The translations under genes and the position numbers were made by a program. From positions 26,963-90,962 of the forward strand of contig JAQYTG010000017.1 of assembly GCA_028724905.1 (NCBI GenBank): a stretch of 64,000 nucleotides of DNA. The letters are read 5' to 3'. This document shows, piece by piece, positions 56,106 through 64,000 of the stretch. Position 1 is the stretch's first letter. The number at the start of each line of letters is the position of its first letter. The notes below the pieces were generated by a model. That model was given only the letters and a program-made list of their open reading frames with translations. It made no database searches and was not told where the DNA came from. Origin of the DNA: Actinomycetaceae bacterium (lineage in GTDB: Bacteria > Actinomycetota > Actinomycetes > Actinomycetales > Actinomycetaceae).

Positions 56106-56472
56106 CAAAATCCTCCGCCAGCGCACGCAACGCCTGCGCTATTCGCGCTCCACCCTCGGGATACTTTCCGCGGCGCAACTTATCTGAAGCGTGGTCTAAA
56201 ATTTTGATCAGATCCTCCACCAGCGGCACCAACTCCGCCGGTTTACGCCGATTGGCCTCCGCTAAGCTCTTTTCTTTGTGCAGCACCGATACTTGCAACG
56301 CCGCAGGGCCGCGCCGAGTATCCCCTACGCCGTACTCCACCTTTGTGCCCGAGTGCAACCGCACCCCAATCGGCACCGAACTCGCCGGTAGGTACACCTC
56401 TTTACCGTCGTCACCGACAATAAAGCCGAAGCCTTTTTCGGCGTCAAAGAATTTTACTCTTCCGCTTGGCAC
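56098..56472 (-). CDS. Cold-shock domain protein with C-terminal extension
   Basis: MPSGRVKFFDAEKGFGFI (RNP1) and EVYL (RNP2-like). GTG start at 56472 after AAGGAGG. Confidence 0.9.
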   Translation of the reverse strand: MPSGRVKFFDAEKGFGFIVGDDGKEVYLPASSVPIGVRLHSGTKVEYGVGDTRRGPAALQVSVLHKEKSLAEANRRKPAELVPLVEDLIKILDHASDKLRRGKYPEGGARIAQALRALAEDFDV

Positions 56473-57030
56473 CCTAGCCTCCTTTTCCCGCTCACCATGC
56501 CACTCACCATGCCGATCTGTATGCCGCTCACCATGCTGGTGAGTACGCCGGCGGGTGCGTCGGTGAGTACGCCGGCGACCACCGCATATAGCCGCCACAT
56601 TCCCATCTAGATGAAACCTCTAGATGAGGTGTACGCAGACGCCGAGGCACATACAGACACCGCGAACGGATAGATTTTGACACGTCAATAAGTTTTACCT
56701 GCCCCCATTATGGCATTCTTAGCGCAATTGCCCTAGTGAGAAAGAACGCTAACAGCACAATCCGCCGCGGCGCTCGCTCGCAGCGTAAATTTATTCAAAT
56801 TTTCCCCTACCGCCTTGATATGCTTGTGGGTATCGAAAAGATCAGCCAAGGCCGAACATCCAGAGGATTCCTGCGGAGGTTCCTACAGGGAATTTCTGTG
56901 GACGTTTCCCGCTAGAATCTTGCGAATCTCTCGTGTCTTGCGCGGAGACGTTCACTAGAGACATGAGAAACCTCCCGCTAGAGACATTCGCTCAAGCTGG
57001 AGACGTTCGCCAAAAATTTCGCAACCAGAG

Positions 57031-58911
57031 GTGAGCATGAAGCTACTTCAAAAATTTGCAGCGCTACTGTTCGTGGCAGTGGTAACGGCAGCGGCAGTGG
57101 TGGGCACACCCACTGTGGCTCACGCCGAGGAACCGATGGAGCTCACGAGTAACTTTGAGGATCATGCCGACGTCGTGAAAGACGATGCCGCCACCCTCGC
57201 TGCCGTGGAAGAAGTGCCTGGAAAAGACCTCTGGGTAGTGATGGTGAATAATTTCAGTGGCACAGAAGCACACGCCTGGGCTAAACGCACCACCCAGCTC
57301 TCGGGCTTGCAAAAGTACGACGGCTTGGTGGCCATCTCCGTTGAGGGGAGCGAAATCGGGTATGAGGCCGGTGGTACCGGCATCACCAAGAACCTGCTGG
57401 AAAAGGCTCTATCGGATAAGAGAGTCGCTGATGCTTTCCGCGCCGGCGATTGGGATAAGGGAGTGCGGCAGATCGCCAGTAACGTCAAGACGCTGCTGCA
57501 AGGCGGCTCTATCGAGAGCAAAGCCCCGCTCTATGTGCTGTTCGTGCTCGCCCTCGCTGTGGGCGTGGTACTCATCGTGATCGTCAGGCGAAACGCCAAG
57601 CGCAAAGCCCAAGCAGATGCCGAAAGTCTGCGTAAATTGGCAACCCGTGCTAGTTCAGAGCTAGTGCAGGTGGATGACGCCGTGCGCTCCGCGAGCGCCG
57701 AGCTAGAGTTTGCCCGTGCGGAGTTTGGTTTGCAAGCCACTCAGGAATTTGCCGCGAGCCTGGAGCAGGCTAAAGAGAATATGCAGCGAGCATTTTCTTT
57801 GCGTACCCTGCTCGGAGATGAACATCCGGAAACGCCCGCCCAGCAGCGGCAGATGAACACCCAAATTTTGCAGCTGGCAGATTCCACCCGCAAAGAGCTG
57901 CAGGCTCAGGAAAAAGGGTTCAGCGAACTGCGTAATCTGGCAGCGCGGGTGGAGGAGAAAGTAGCTCAGCTTGAAACCCGCCGGAGCGAAATTGCCCATC
58001 AGCTCCCACTCGCGCAGGCGAAGCTCGACAATCTTGCGCTGAGCTACCCCACGTCGATGTTTCACAGCCTCAACAGCTACCCTGAACAGGTCGAAAAGCT
58101 ACTAGAGGGGGTGCAGACATCTCTGACGCAAGCTCGCGAACAGATCGCACGCAACGATAGAAACTCAGCTGTGGGATACGCCAAACTCGCTGAGGGGACG
58201 CTCGACAACGCTGCCCGCATGGTGGCTCGCATTGACTCTGCTCCACAGCTTATTGAGCAGGCTCAGGCCCAACTCACAGCTAATATACAATCGCTGAGCT
58301 CCGATGTAGCAGACGCCCAGCGCCTCGGTGCAGGTGATCATGCCATAGCGAGCGCCCAACGAGCAGCCCAAGAGGCGCTCGAAGCTGCCCGCAGCAGTGC
58401 TGGCCAAGATCTCCTAGCCTTAAATGAGCGCCTGGAGAGCGCTGAGGCGAATCTCGATAGGGCGCTGACAGGCGTGCGCGAGCAAGAGCAGGTGGCCATC
58501 AAGCAGGCGCAGGCTATCAATGCGGCCAAAGCTAGCGCCCAAGCGCGAATTGACGAAGCTGAGGGCTTTATCAACAGCTACCGCTCTGGAATCGGGCCAG
58601 ATGCACGCACCTATCTCGCTCGCGCACGTACACAGTTTGCGCAAGCTCTCAGCGCTCCGCCCCCGCAGCAAGAGCAGCTCTTCCGCAGCGCAGCCACGCT
58701 GGCCAAACAAGCGCTGACGGCTGCCGAGAAGTCCATTGAGCGAGATCACCGCGGCCAATCGGGAGATTCGGGCATGGGAAGTTTTCTCGCTGGGATGGTG
58801 ATTTCCTCAGTGCTCAATGGGACGAACCGAGGATCTGGCGGAGGCTTTAGCGGTGGGAGTTTCGGCGGAGGCTTTGGGGGCGGATCCGGAGGAGGAAGGA
58901 TCGGCTTCTGA
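57031..58911 (+). CDS. TPM-domain membrane protein with long coiled coil and Gly-rich tail
   Basis: Signal peptide, TPM (DUF477)-like domain, one TM helix, heptad-rich helical region and GGGFGGGSGGG tail. Confidence 0.85.
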   Translation: MSMKLLQKFAALLFVAVVTAAAVVGTPTVAHAEEPMELTSNFEDHADVVKDDAATLAAVEEVPGKDLWVVMVNNFSGTEAHAWAKRTTQLSGLQKYDGLVAISVEGSEIGYEAGGTGITKNLLEKALSDKRVADAFRAGDWDKGVRQIASNVKTLLQGGSIESKAPLYVLFVLALAVGVVLIVIVRRNAKRKAQADAESLRKLATRASSELVQVDDAVRSASAELEFARAEFGLQATQEFAASLEQAKENMQRAFSLRTLLGDEHPETPAQQRQMNTQILQLADSTRKELQAQEKGFSELRNLAARVEEKVAQLETRRSEIAHQLPLAQAKLDNLALSYPTSMFHSLNSYPEQVEKLLEGVQTSLTQAREQIARNDRNSAVGYAKLAEGTLDNAARMVARIDSAPQLIEQAQAQLTANIQSLSSDVADAQRLGAGDHAIASAQRAAQEALEAARSSAGQDLLALNERLESAEANLDRALTGVREQEQVAIKQAQAINAAKASAQARIDEAEGFINSYRSGIGPDARTYLARARTQFAQALSAPPPQQEQLFRSAATLAKQALTAAEKSIERDHRGQSGDSGMGSFLAGMVISSVLNGTNRGSGGGFSGGSFGGGFGGGSGGGRIGF

Positions 58912-59050
58912 GATTCCAGCTTTAGCCAAGATCTACATCGGGGCAAGGAGCAATAAAACAATAAAATTGGGCAGTAATAAAATGTCAATAGATCAGAGAT
59001 TTTCTTCTACTATTAGAGAAAAGAACTTCAACGAAGAAAGGTTCACACCG

Positions 59051-59806
59051 ATGGCAGAAAAGCAATCAATTTTGGGGCGTATTACGCAGCTTGCCAAAGC
59101 AAATATCAATGCGCTGCTCGACAAAGCTGAAGACCCACAAAAAATGCTCGATCAAATGGTTCGCGACTACACCAATTCCATTGCCGAAGCTGAAGACGCC
59201 GTCACCGTCACCATTGGCAATCTGCGGCTCGCTGAGGCCGACTACAACGAAGATCTGCAAGCCGCTAAAGAGTGGGGGCAGAAAGCCGCTGCTGCCGTAG
59301 CCAAGGCTAAAGAGCTCACCGCCAGTGGCAATGCAGAAGCAGCTGAGCGCTTCAACAATCTTGCAAAAGTCGCTCTTGAGCGCCAGATTCAGGCTGAGAA
59401 AGAGGTAAAAGAGGCTGAGCCGATTATCACCTCGCAGCGGGAAGTGGTCACCAAACTTAAGGATGGCCTCAACGTGATGCGCGGCAAGCTCTCCGATCTC
59501 AAGACGAAGCGAGATCAGCTCGTGGCGCGTCAAAAGAGCGCCGAAGCGCAAAACCAAGTGCAGGATGCCATCTCCGCTATTAACGTGCTCGATCCCACCT
59601 CTGAACTCGGGCGCTTTGAAGACAAAGTACGCCGCACCGAAGCTCTCGCCGCTGGCAAAGCCGAAGTGGCGGCAAGCTCGCTTGAGGATCAATTCGATCA
59701 ACTCATGGCCGGCGAAGACACCACCGAAATCGAGGCGCGGCTCGCCGCCTTGCAAGCTGGCGAAGCTCCCGCCCAGATTGAGGGCAAAGACTTTACGGCG
59801 TACTAG
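59051..59806 (+). CDS. pspA: PspA/IM30 family protein
   Basis: SILGRITQLAKANINALLDKAEDPQKMLDQMVRDY, FEDKVRR, LEDQF and IEARLAAL. ATG at 59051. Confidence 0.93.
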   Translation: MAEKQSILGRITQLAKANINALLDKAEDPQKMLDQMVRDYTNSIAEAEDAVTVTIGNLRLAEADYNEDLQAAKEWGQKAAAAVAKAKELTASGNAEAAERFNNLAKVALERQIQAEKEVKEAEPIITSQREVVTKLKDGLNVMRGKLSDLKTKRDQLVARQKSAEAQNQVQDAISAINVLDPTSELGRFEDKVRRTEALAAGKAEVAASSLEDQFDQLMAGEDTTEIEARLAALQAGEAPAQIEGKDFTAY

Positions 59807-60353
59807 ATTCTACGGCGTGCTACATCGCTTTAGCTGCGAAGTCGCAATCTCATCGCATGGCTGCGGCGTGCGGGCGCTGGCTGAGCAGAGCGTTGTCGGG
59901 AGGCTAGCCCTACGGGGTGTTGTCGGCCAGATTGGTCTTGCAGGGCGATCCTAGCTGGATTAGGTGGCTGACGGCACCCGCGGGGCGAGAGCCAAGGCGA
60001 TGGGCGGGCAGGGGCGGATGAGGCAAGCAGGGCGATATGGCCGGCTAGGCCGATCCGCTCTGTTCGGATGAACTGCTTCTATTCGGGTGGGGGGATACAG
60101 TTGTGGCGGCAGTGCGGCCGCGCATACCCCTGTCCCAACCGCCGTCACGCCACCGTCACATTGCCACAACTGCCGTCACACCGCCCCTACCAGGATCTCC
60201 CCGCGGCACAGCTAGCTCCACCCGCCATAGTCACCGACCTAATCACCAGACATAGCCGCCTTACTGGAGCCACTGGAATCACCACAGCCACTAACCCAGC
60301 TCTATATAGCTGCCGTCACGCCGCCCCCACCAGGATCGCTCCTGTACGAATTT

Positions 60354-60371
60354 TCACAGCAAATTCTCAGG
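60354..60371 (+). promoter_or_regulatory. PhoP-like direct-repeat box upstream of the response regulator
   Basis: TCACAGC-AAAT-TCTCAGG (11-bp period), 23 nt before ATG 60394. Confidence 0.55.
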
Positions 60372-60384
60372 CGAACACCTCACA

Positions 60385-61134
60385 ATGGAGACTATGGCCG
60401 AACAGAAAGCATCAGAAGCCCGTCTACTCGTCGTCGATGACGAGCCCAATATCCGCGAACTCCTCTCTGTTTCCTTGCGTTTTGCTGGGTTCACCGTGGA
60501 GGCGGCAGCAGATGGCCGCCAGGCGCTCAAGATCGAAGATAATTTCAATGCCGATCTCGTTATCCTCGATATTATGTTGCCCGATATGGATGGCTTTGAA
60601 GTGCTACGGCATCTGCGCGAACACGAACCAGATCTTCCGGTGCTGTTCCTCACCGCTAAAGACGACGTCCACGATAAAATCCAAGGCCTGACGATTGGCG
60701 CAGACGACTACATCACGAAGCCTTTCTCCCTCGAAGAACTCATCGCTCGGGTGCGAGCAATTCTGCGGCGCACTCGCCCAATGCAGGAGGAAAGCTCCAT
60801 TATCCGCTACCACGATCTAGAACTAGACGAAGACTCCTACGAAGTGCGACGAGCAGGCCACCAGATTGAGCTCTCTCCCACCGAATTTAAGCTGCTGCGT
60901 TATCTCATGCTCAACGCCGAGCGTGTCGTATCAAAAATTCAAATTCTCGACCACGTATGGGATTACAACTGGCACGGAGATACCGCCATCGTAGAATCCT
61001 ATATATCCTATCTGCGGCGCAAAGTCGATTCTCCCGAAGGGCTCGGCATCACAGATCCGCAGGAGGCGAGCACGATTGAGCCGCTTATCCACACGAAGCG
61101 CGGTATCGGGTATATGCTGCGTCTACAGAAGTAG
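60385..61134 (+). CDS. OmpR-family response regulator (mycobacterial PhoP/TcrX-like)
   Basis: LLVVDDEPNIRELLSVSLRF, LDIMLPDMDG, GADDYITKPF and ILDHVW..VESYISYLRRK. Confidence 0.93.
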   Translation: METMAEQKASEARLLVVDDEPNIRELLSVSLRFAGFTVEAAADGRQALKIEDNFNADLVILDIMLPDMDGFEVLRHLREHEPDLPVLFLTAKDDVHDKIQGLTIGADDYITKPFSLEELIARVRAILRRTRPMQEESSIIRYHDLELDEDSYEVRRAGHQIELSPTEFKLLRYLMLNAERVVSKIQILDHVWDYNWHGDTAIVESYISYLRRKVDSPEGLGITDPQEASTIEPLIHTKRGIGYMLRLQK

Positions 61135-61210
61135 CAACCACAGTGGCTGCCCGCTAAGTCTGCTAAGTTCTCTAAGTATCGAGCAATAAGTATCGAGAAA
61201 CAGAGCCGCG

Positions 61211-62737
61211 ATGAAGTTCAGCAAACAAAAGACGCCGACGCGCATCCCCGTACCAGCTACCGAGCCTGCACCTGTGGATGCAGAGCCGAAGCAAAAGCTA
61301 CGCGGATCGCTATCGTTCAGGATCATGCTCGCTTTCGCAGCGCTGCTATCCGTCGTGCTGACGGCAGTGATCTTCCTTATCGGCCTCACGCTGCGGCTTT
61401 ACCTCACGGATGAAGTCGATCGCTCGCTTATTTCCTCAGGGAGAATTATCGCCAGCCAGACGCTCGATAAGCTCATCAACGATTCTGAGGTACAAGTGAT
61501 TCCCTCAGACTTTTATCTGTACATTGATCTTGATTATCGCGCTCCTATCGAAACGATTCACTCACAAGTAGAAGCAGTCTATGGCCAACCGATGAATCCA
61601 GCAGCCATGCTGCACACTAAAGCCGCGAATACCGGCGTCCCCTTTAATATGCAGGGCACAAAAGACGGCGTGCTCTGGCGAGGAATCATCGTTCCGTTGA
61701 AATCCGATACCTCCGGAGAACCTGCCGGCAACGTGCTGATAGCCCTGCCGCTTTTCTCCGTGATGCAAGCCGTCAGCAGCCTTGTGCAAGTGATGATTGC
61801 ACTGTCGATTCTGATCGTGCTGATCGGAGCTTTCCTTTCGTACATCATGGTGCAGCGCGCTTTACGCGGAGTGCGTGCTATTGAGCGCGTCACCCACCAG
61901 GTAGCGGCCGGCAATATCTCCAGCCGCGTGCCCGATATTCCGCCGAGTACCGAAGTAGGAGCCCTGGCCGACTCTATCAACGCCATGTTGGCCAACATTG
62001 AATACGCTTTTGGGGTGCAGCAGGCCTCTGAGCAGCGAATGCGTCAATTCGTCTCCGACGCCTCGCACGAGCTGCGCACCCCGCTGGCCACCGTGCGCGG
62101 CTATGCGGAGCTTTACCGCATGGGTGGCGTGCCCGCCGATCAGATGGATCACGCCTTTGAGCGCATCGAGTCGGAAGCAAACCGTATGGGAAACCTCGTA
62201 GAAGATCTGCTCAAACTCGCACGCCTCGATGAGGGGCGTGGCCTGACCTATACCGAAGTGGATCTCACCAGCGCCGCATTCAACGCCGTGGATGATTTCC
62301 ACGCCCGTGCACCCGAGCGCCAAGCTGCCGTCATTGGCTTGGATGGAAATGCCCCGACGCCGGTTATGGTGATGGCAGATTCTGATAAAGTGGCGCAGGT
62401 GCTGGCAAACTTGCTGGCGAACGTACTCACGCACACCCCAGCCGATGCAGCCGTGGAAGTGGCCGTCGGTTTCAATCCGCAGGCGCCAACAGAGGCCATT
62501 GTGGAAGTGCGCGATCACGGCCCAGGCATCAAAGACGCCGACCGTCAGCACATCTTTGAGCGCTTCTATCGCACAGATTCTTCGCGCTCACGCAACACCG
62601 GCGGCACTGGCCTTGGCCTTTCCATCGTCGCCGCCACCCTCGCAGCTCACGGGGGCACCGCCCGAGTGAAACCCACACCAGGTGGCGGCCTCACCGTAAT
62701 TCTCACGTTCCCTCACGCAATCGCCACCCGCGCATGA
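61211..62737 (+). CDS. Sensor histidine kinase (PhoR-like, HAMP)
   Basis: Two TM helices, HAMP, FVSDASHELRTPL H-box, N-box, DHGPGI, IFERFYR and GTGLGL. Confidence 0.95.
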   Translation: MKFSKQKTPTRIPVPATEPAPVDAEPKQKLRGSLSFRIMLAFAALLSVVLTAVIFLIGLTLRLYLTDEVDRSLISSGRIIASQTLDKLINDSEVQVIPSDFYLYIDLDYRAPIETIHSQVEAVYGQPMNPAAMLHTKAANTGVPFNMQGTKDGVLWRGIIVPLKSDTSGEPAGNVLIALPLFSVMQAVSSLVQVMIALSILIVLIGAFLSYIMVQRALRGVRAIERVTHQVAAGNISSRVPDIPPSTEVGALADSINAMLANIEYAFGVQQASEQRMRQFVSDASHELRTPLATVRGYAELYRMGGVPADQMDHAFERIESEANRMGNLVEDLLKLARLDEGRGLTYTEVDLTSAAFNAVDDFHARAPERQAAVIGLDGNAPTPVMVMADSDKVAQVLANLLANVLTHTPADAAVEVAVGFNPQAPTEAIVEVRDHGPGIKDADRQHIFERFYRTDSSRSRNTGGTGLGLSIVAATLAAHGGTARVKPTPGGGLTVILTFPHAIATRA

Positions 62738-63144
62738 CAGCCCGTGCCAGAACTAACTGCGCCAGAAGAAGCGTTCCCGCTGAACCAAACGCTGAACAAG
62801 CATTCCCACCGAATTGCGCACCGAGCCGTGCCGAACCAAACTTATCCGCGCCTTAGCCGCGCCCCGAACCAAACTTAACCTCGTGCACATACTTATCCGC
62901 GTGAACCTACTTAACCGAGTGCCAACCGAACTTAACCACGCATAGCGGTCGCCGATCCTTCCATGCTTACAGCTCCCACGTGCCCCGCAGCCCGCCGTCA
63001 CCGCCATCACTGAGCGTCACCGGCATCACTTGTAACGTCACTGTGATCGCCACCGTCTTGGGGACTTCCACCACGCCTTTGCGGCGTGGGCACCGATGCC
63101 ACTGGCGTCACCGTGCTCTCCGCCCTCACCGCGCGTCACCGCCG

Positions 63145-63849
63145 TCACACATTTTTCGGCCAAGCCGTCTGCTGCTCCAGCATGGCCTGAATATGCCCTT
63201 TCACCCGCCCCATAAATGCTTCGGCATCTTCACCATCATTCGCCCGCATGGGCTTTCCGATATAGAGTTCTACCGGCTTGTGATCAAGCGTTGGCCAGGA
63301 ACTCCCCACCGGCATTGCCTCATGCCCTCCATGCATAGCAAGCGGCACAATCGGCACATTCAATTTAATCGACAGCGCGGCCGCTCCCGATTTGAACGTC
63401 CCCATTTCTCCGGTACGCGAGCGCGTGCCCTCTGGAAAAATCAGGATCGGTATTCCAGCGCGCAGCAGGCGTGACGTCATGTGTGCGGCGCGCCCTGGAT
63501 GCGGACTCGGTTTGCCCTTGCGCTCCACTGGATAGGTGTTGAAGAAAAGCGATGTGAGCTTAGAAATGCCCCGCTTGCGATAGAAATAATCGGCCGCTGC
63601 CCCAGTGGCAAGTTTCGCCGTCATGTGATCTGGCAGCAGCGAAAACACCATCGGCGCATCCAAGTGGGAGGAGTGATTTCCCACCACTATGTAGGCACCA
63701 TCCAGATCTTGCACATTTTCTTGCCCCTCCACATACGGTTTGACCACGGCTTTCACTACTGGGCGCGTAATAGCTTTACGAACAACAGAGCGCAGCTTAG
63801 CTTTCTTTTCGGAGTGGTAAGGATCAAGAGAATGGAGGCTTTCCGCCAT
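63145..63849 (-). CDS. plsC: Lysophospholipid acyltransferase (PlsC family)
   Basis: NHSSHLD (HX4D) and FPEGTRS motifs. Confidence 0.9.
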   Translation of the reverse strand: MAESLHSLDPYHSEKKAKLRSVVRKAITRPVVKAVVKPYVEGQENVQDLDGAYIVVGNHSSHLDAPMVFSLLPDHMTAKLATGAAADYFYRKRGISKLTSLFFNTYPVERKGKPSPHPGRAAHMTSRLLRAGIPILIFPEGTRSRTGEMGTFKSGAAALSIKLNVPIVPLAMHGGHEAMPVGSSWPTLDHKPVELYIGKPMRANDGEDAEAFMGRVKGHIQAMLEQQTAWPKNV

Positions 63850-64000
63850 TAGCGCCTACCTTTATTGAGTTTCACCACTGCTGCTTTGACGGCATCTTGA
63901 GGAGCGTGGACGGCAAGCCAGGAGATCACTTTGAAGCGTTTTGACGGCGTCACGCTCGTCTTACCACGCGCAGCAGCTTCGAGAGTTTCAGCTACCACTC
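63849..64000 (-). CDS. 3' end of a probable short-chain dehydrogenase (partial)
   Basis: Open frame VVAETLEAAARGKTSVTPSKRFKVISWLAVHAP...KGRR*, with TAATG coupling to plsC. It resembles SDR C-termini; catalytic motifs are outside the window. Confidence 0.55.
   Translation of the reverse strand, partial: VVAETLEAAARGKTSVTPSKRFKVISWLAVHAPQDAVKAAVVKLNKGRR

Noticed and set aside
56473-56598. Arg/His-rich N-terminal extension of the cold-shock protein
   Set aside because: It derives from intergenic micro-repeats. A strong SD places the start at GTG 56472.

Overview
This is a high-GC actinobacterial chromosome segment. Gene content and order point to Actinomycetaceae (Actinobaculum/Actinotignum/Arcanobacterium/Trueperella group; inference). 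Most of the window is core genome: a partial tRNA, DsbA/MdbA-like oxidoreductase, Ser/Thr kinase, msmK-like ATPase, DUF4032, asd-ask, recR-dnaX, aroD-hisC/pat, pgm, copA-copZ, a YtrA-type GntR/ABC operon, dedA, purB, a 23S rRNA methyltransferase, an MFS transporter, NlpC/P60, dtxR/ideR, serC, an NCS2 permease, DUF3027-csp, TPM-pspA, a PhoPR-like two-component system, plsC and a partial SDR. An accessory block (~34.2-48.2 kb) lies against the 3' end of tRNA-Arg(CCT) and has no integrase. It holds (i) a CPR0540-type sugar ABC system plus a cytoplasmic GH95 fucosidase-like gene bracketed by a perfect 79-bp direct repeat of the lipoprotein signal region; (ii) a 1515-aa sortase-anchored surface protein with a sharp internal codon-usage junction; (iii) an unannotated, decayed toxin/RHH-antitoxin remnant; and (iv) a SoFic-like Fic-wHTH gene bracketed by 227/246-bp direct repeats, each with palindromes and a variable-number 20-bp array. 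Item (iv) is the best candidate for an undescribed system. Many intergenic regions carry locus-specific short tandem duplications, several copying the adjacent stop-codon region, and several housekeeping proteins carry in-frame low-complexity expansions. No database searches were run; family calls come from motif recognition.
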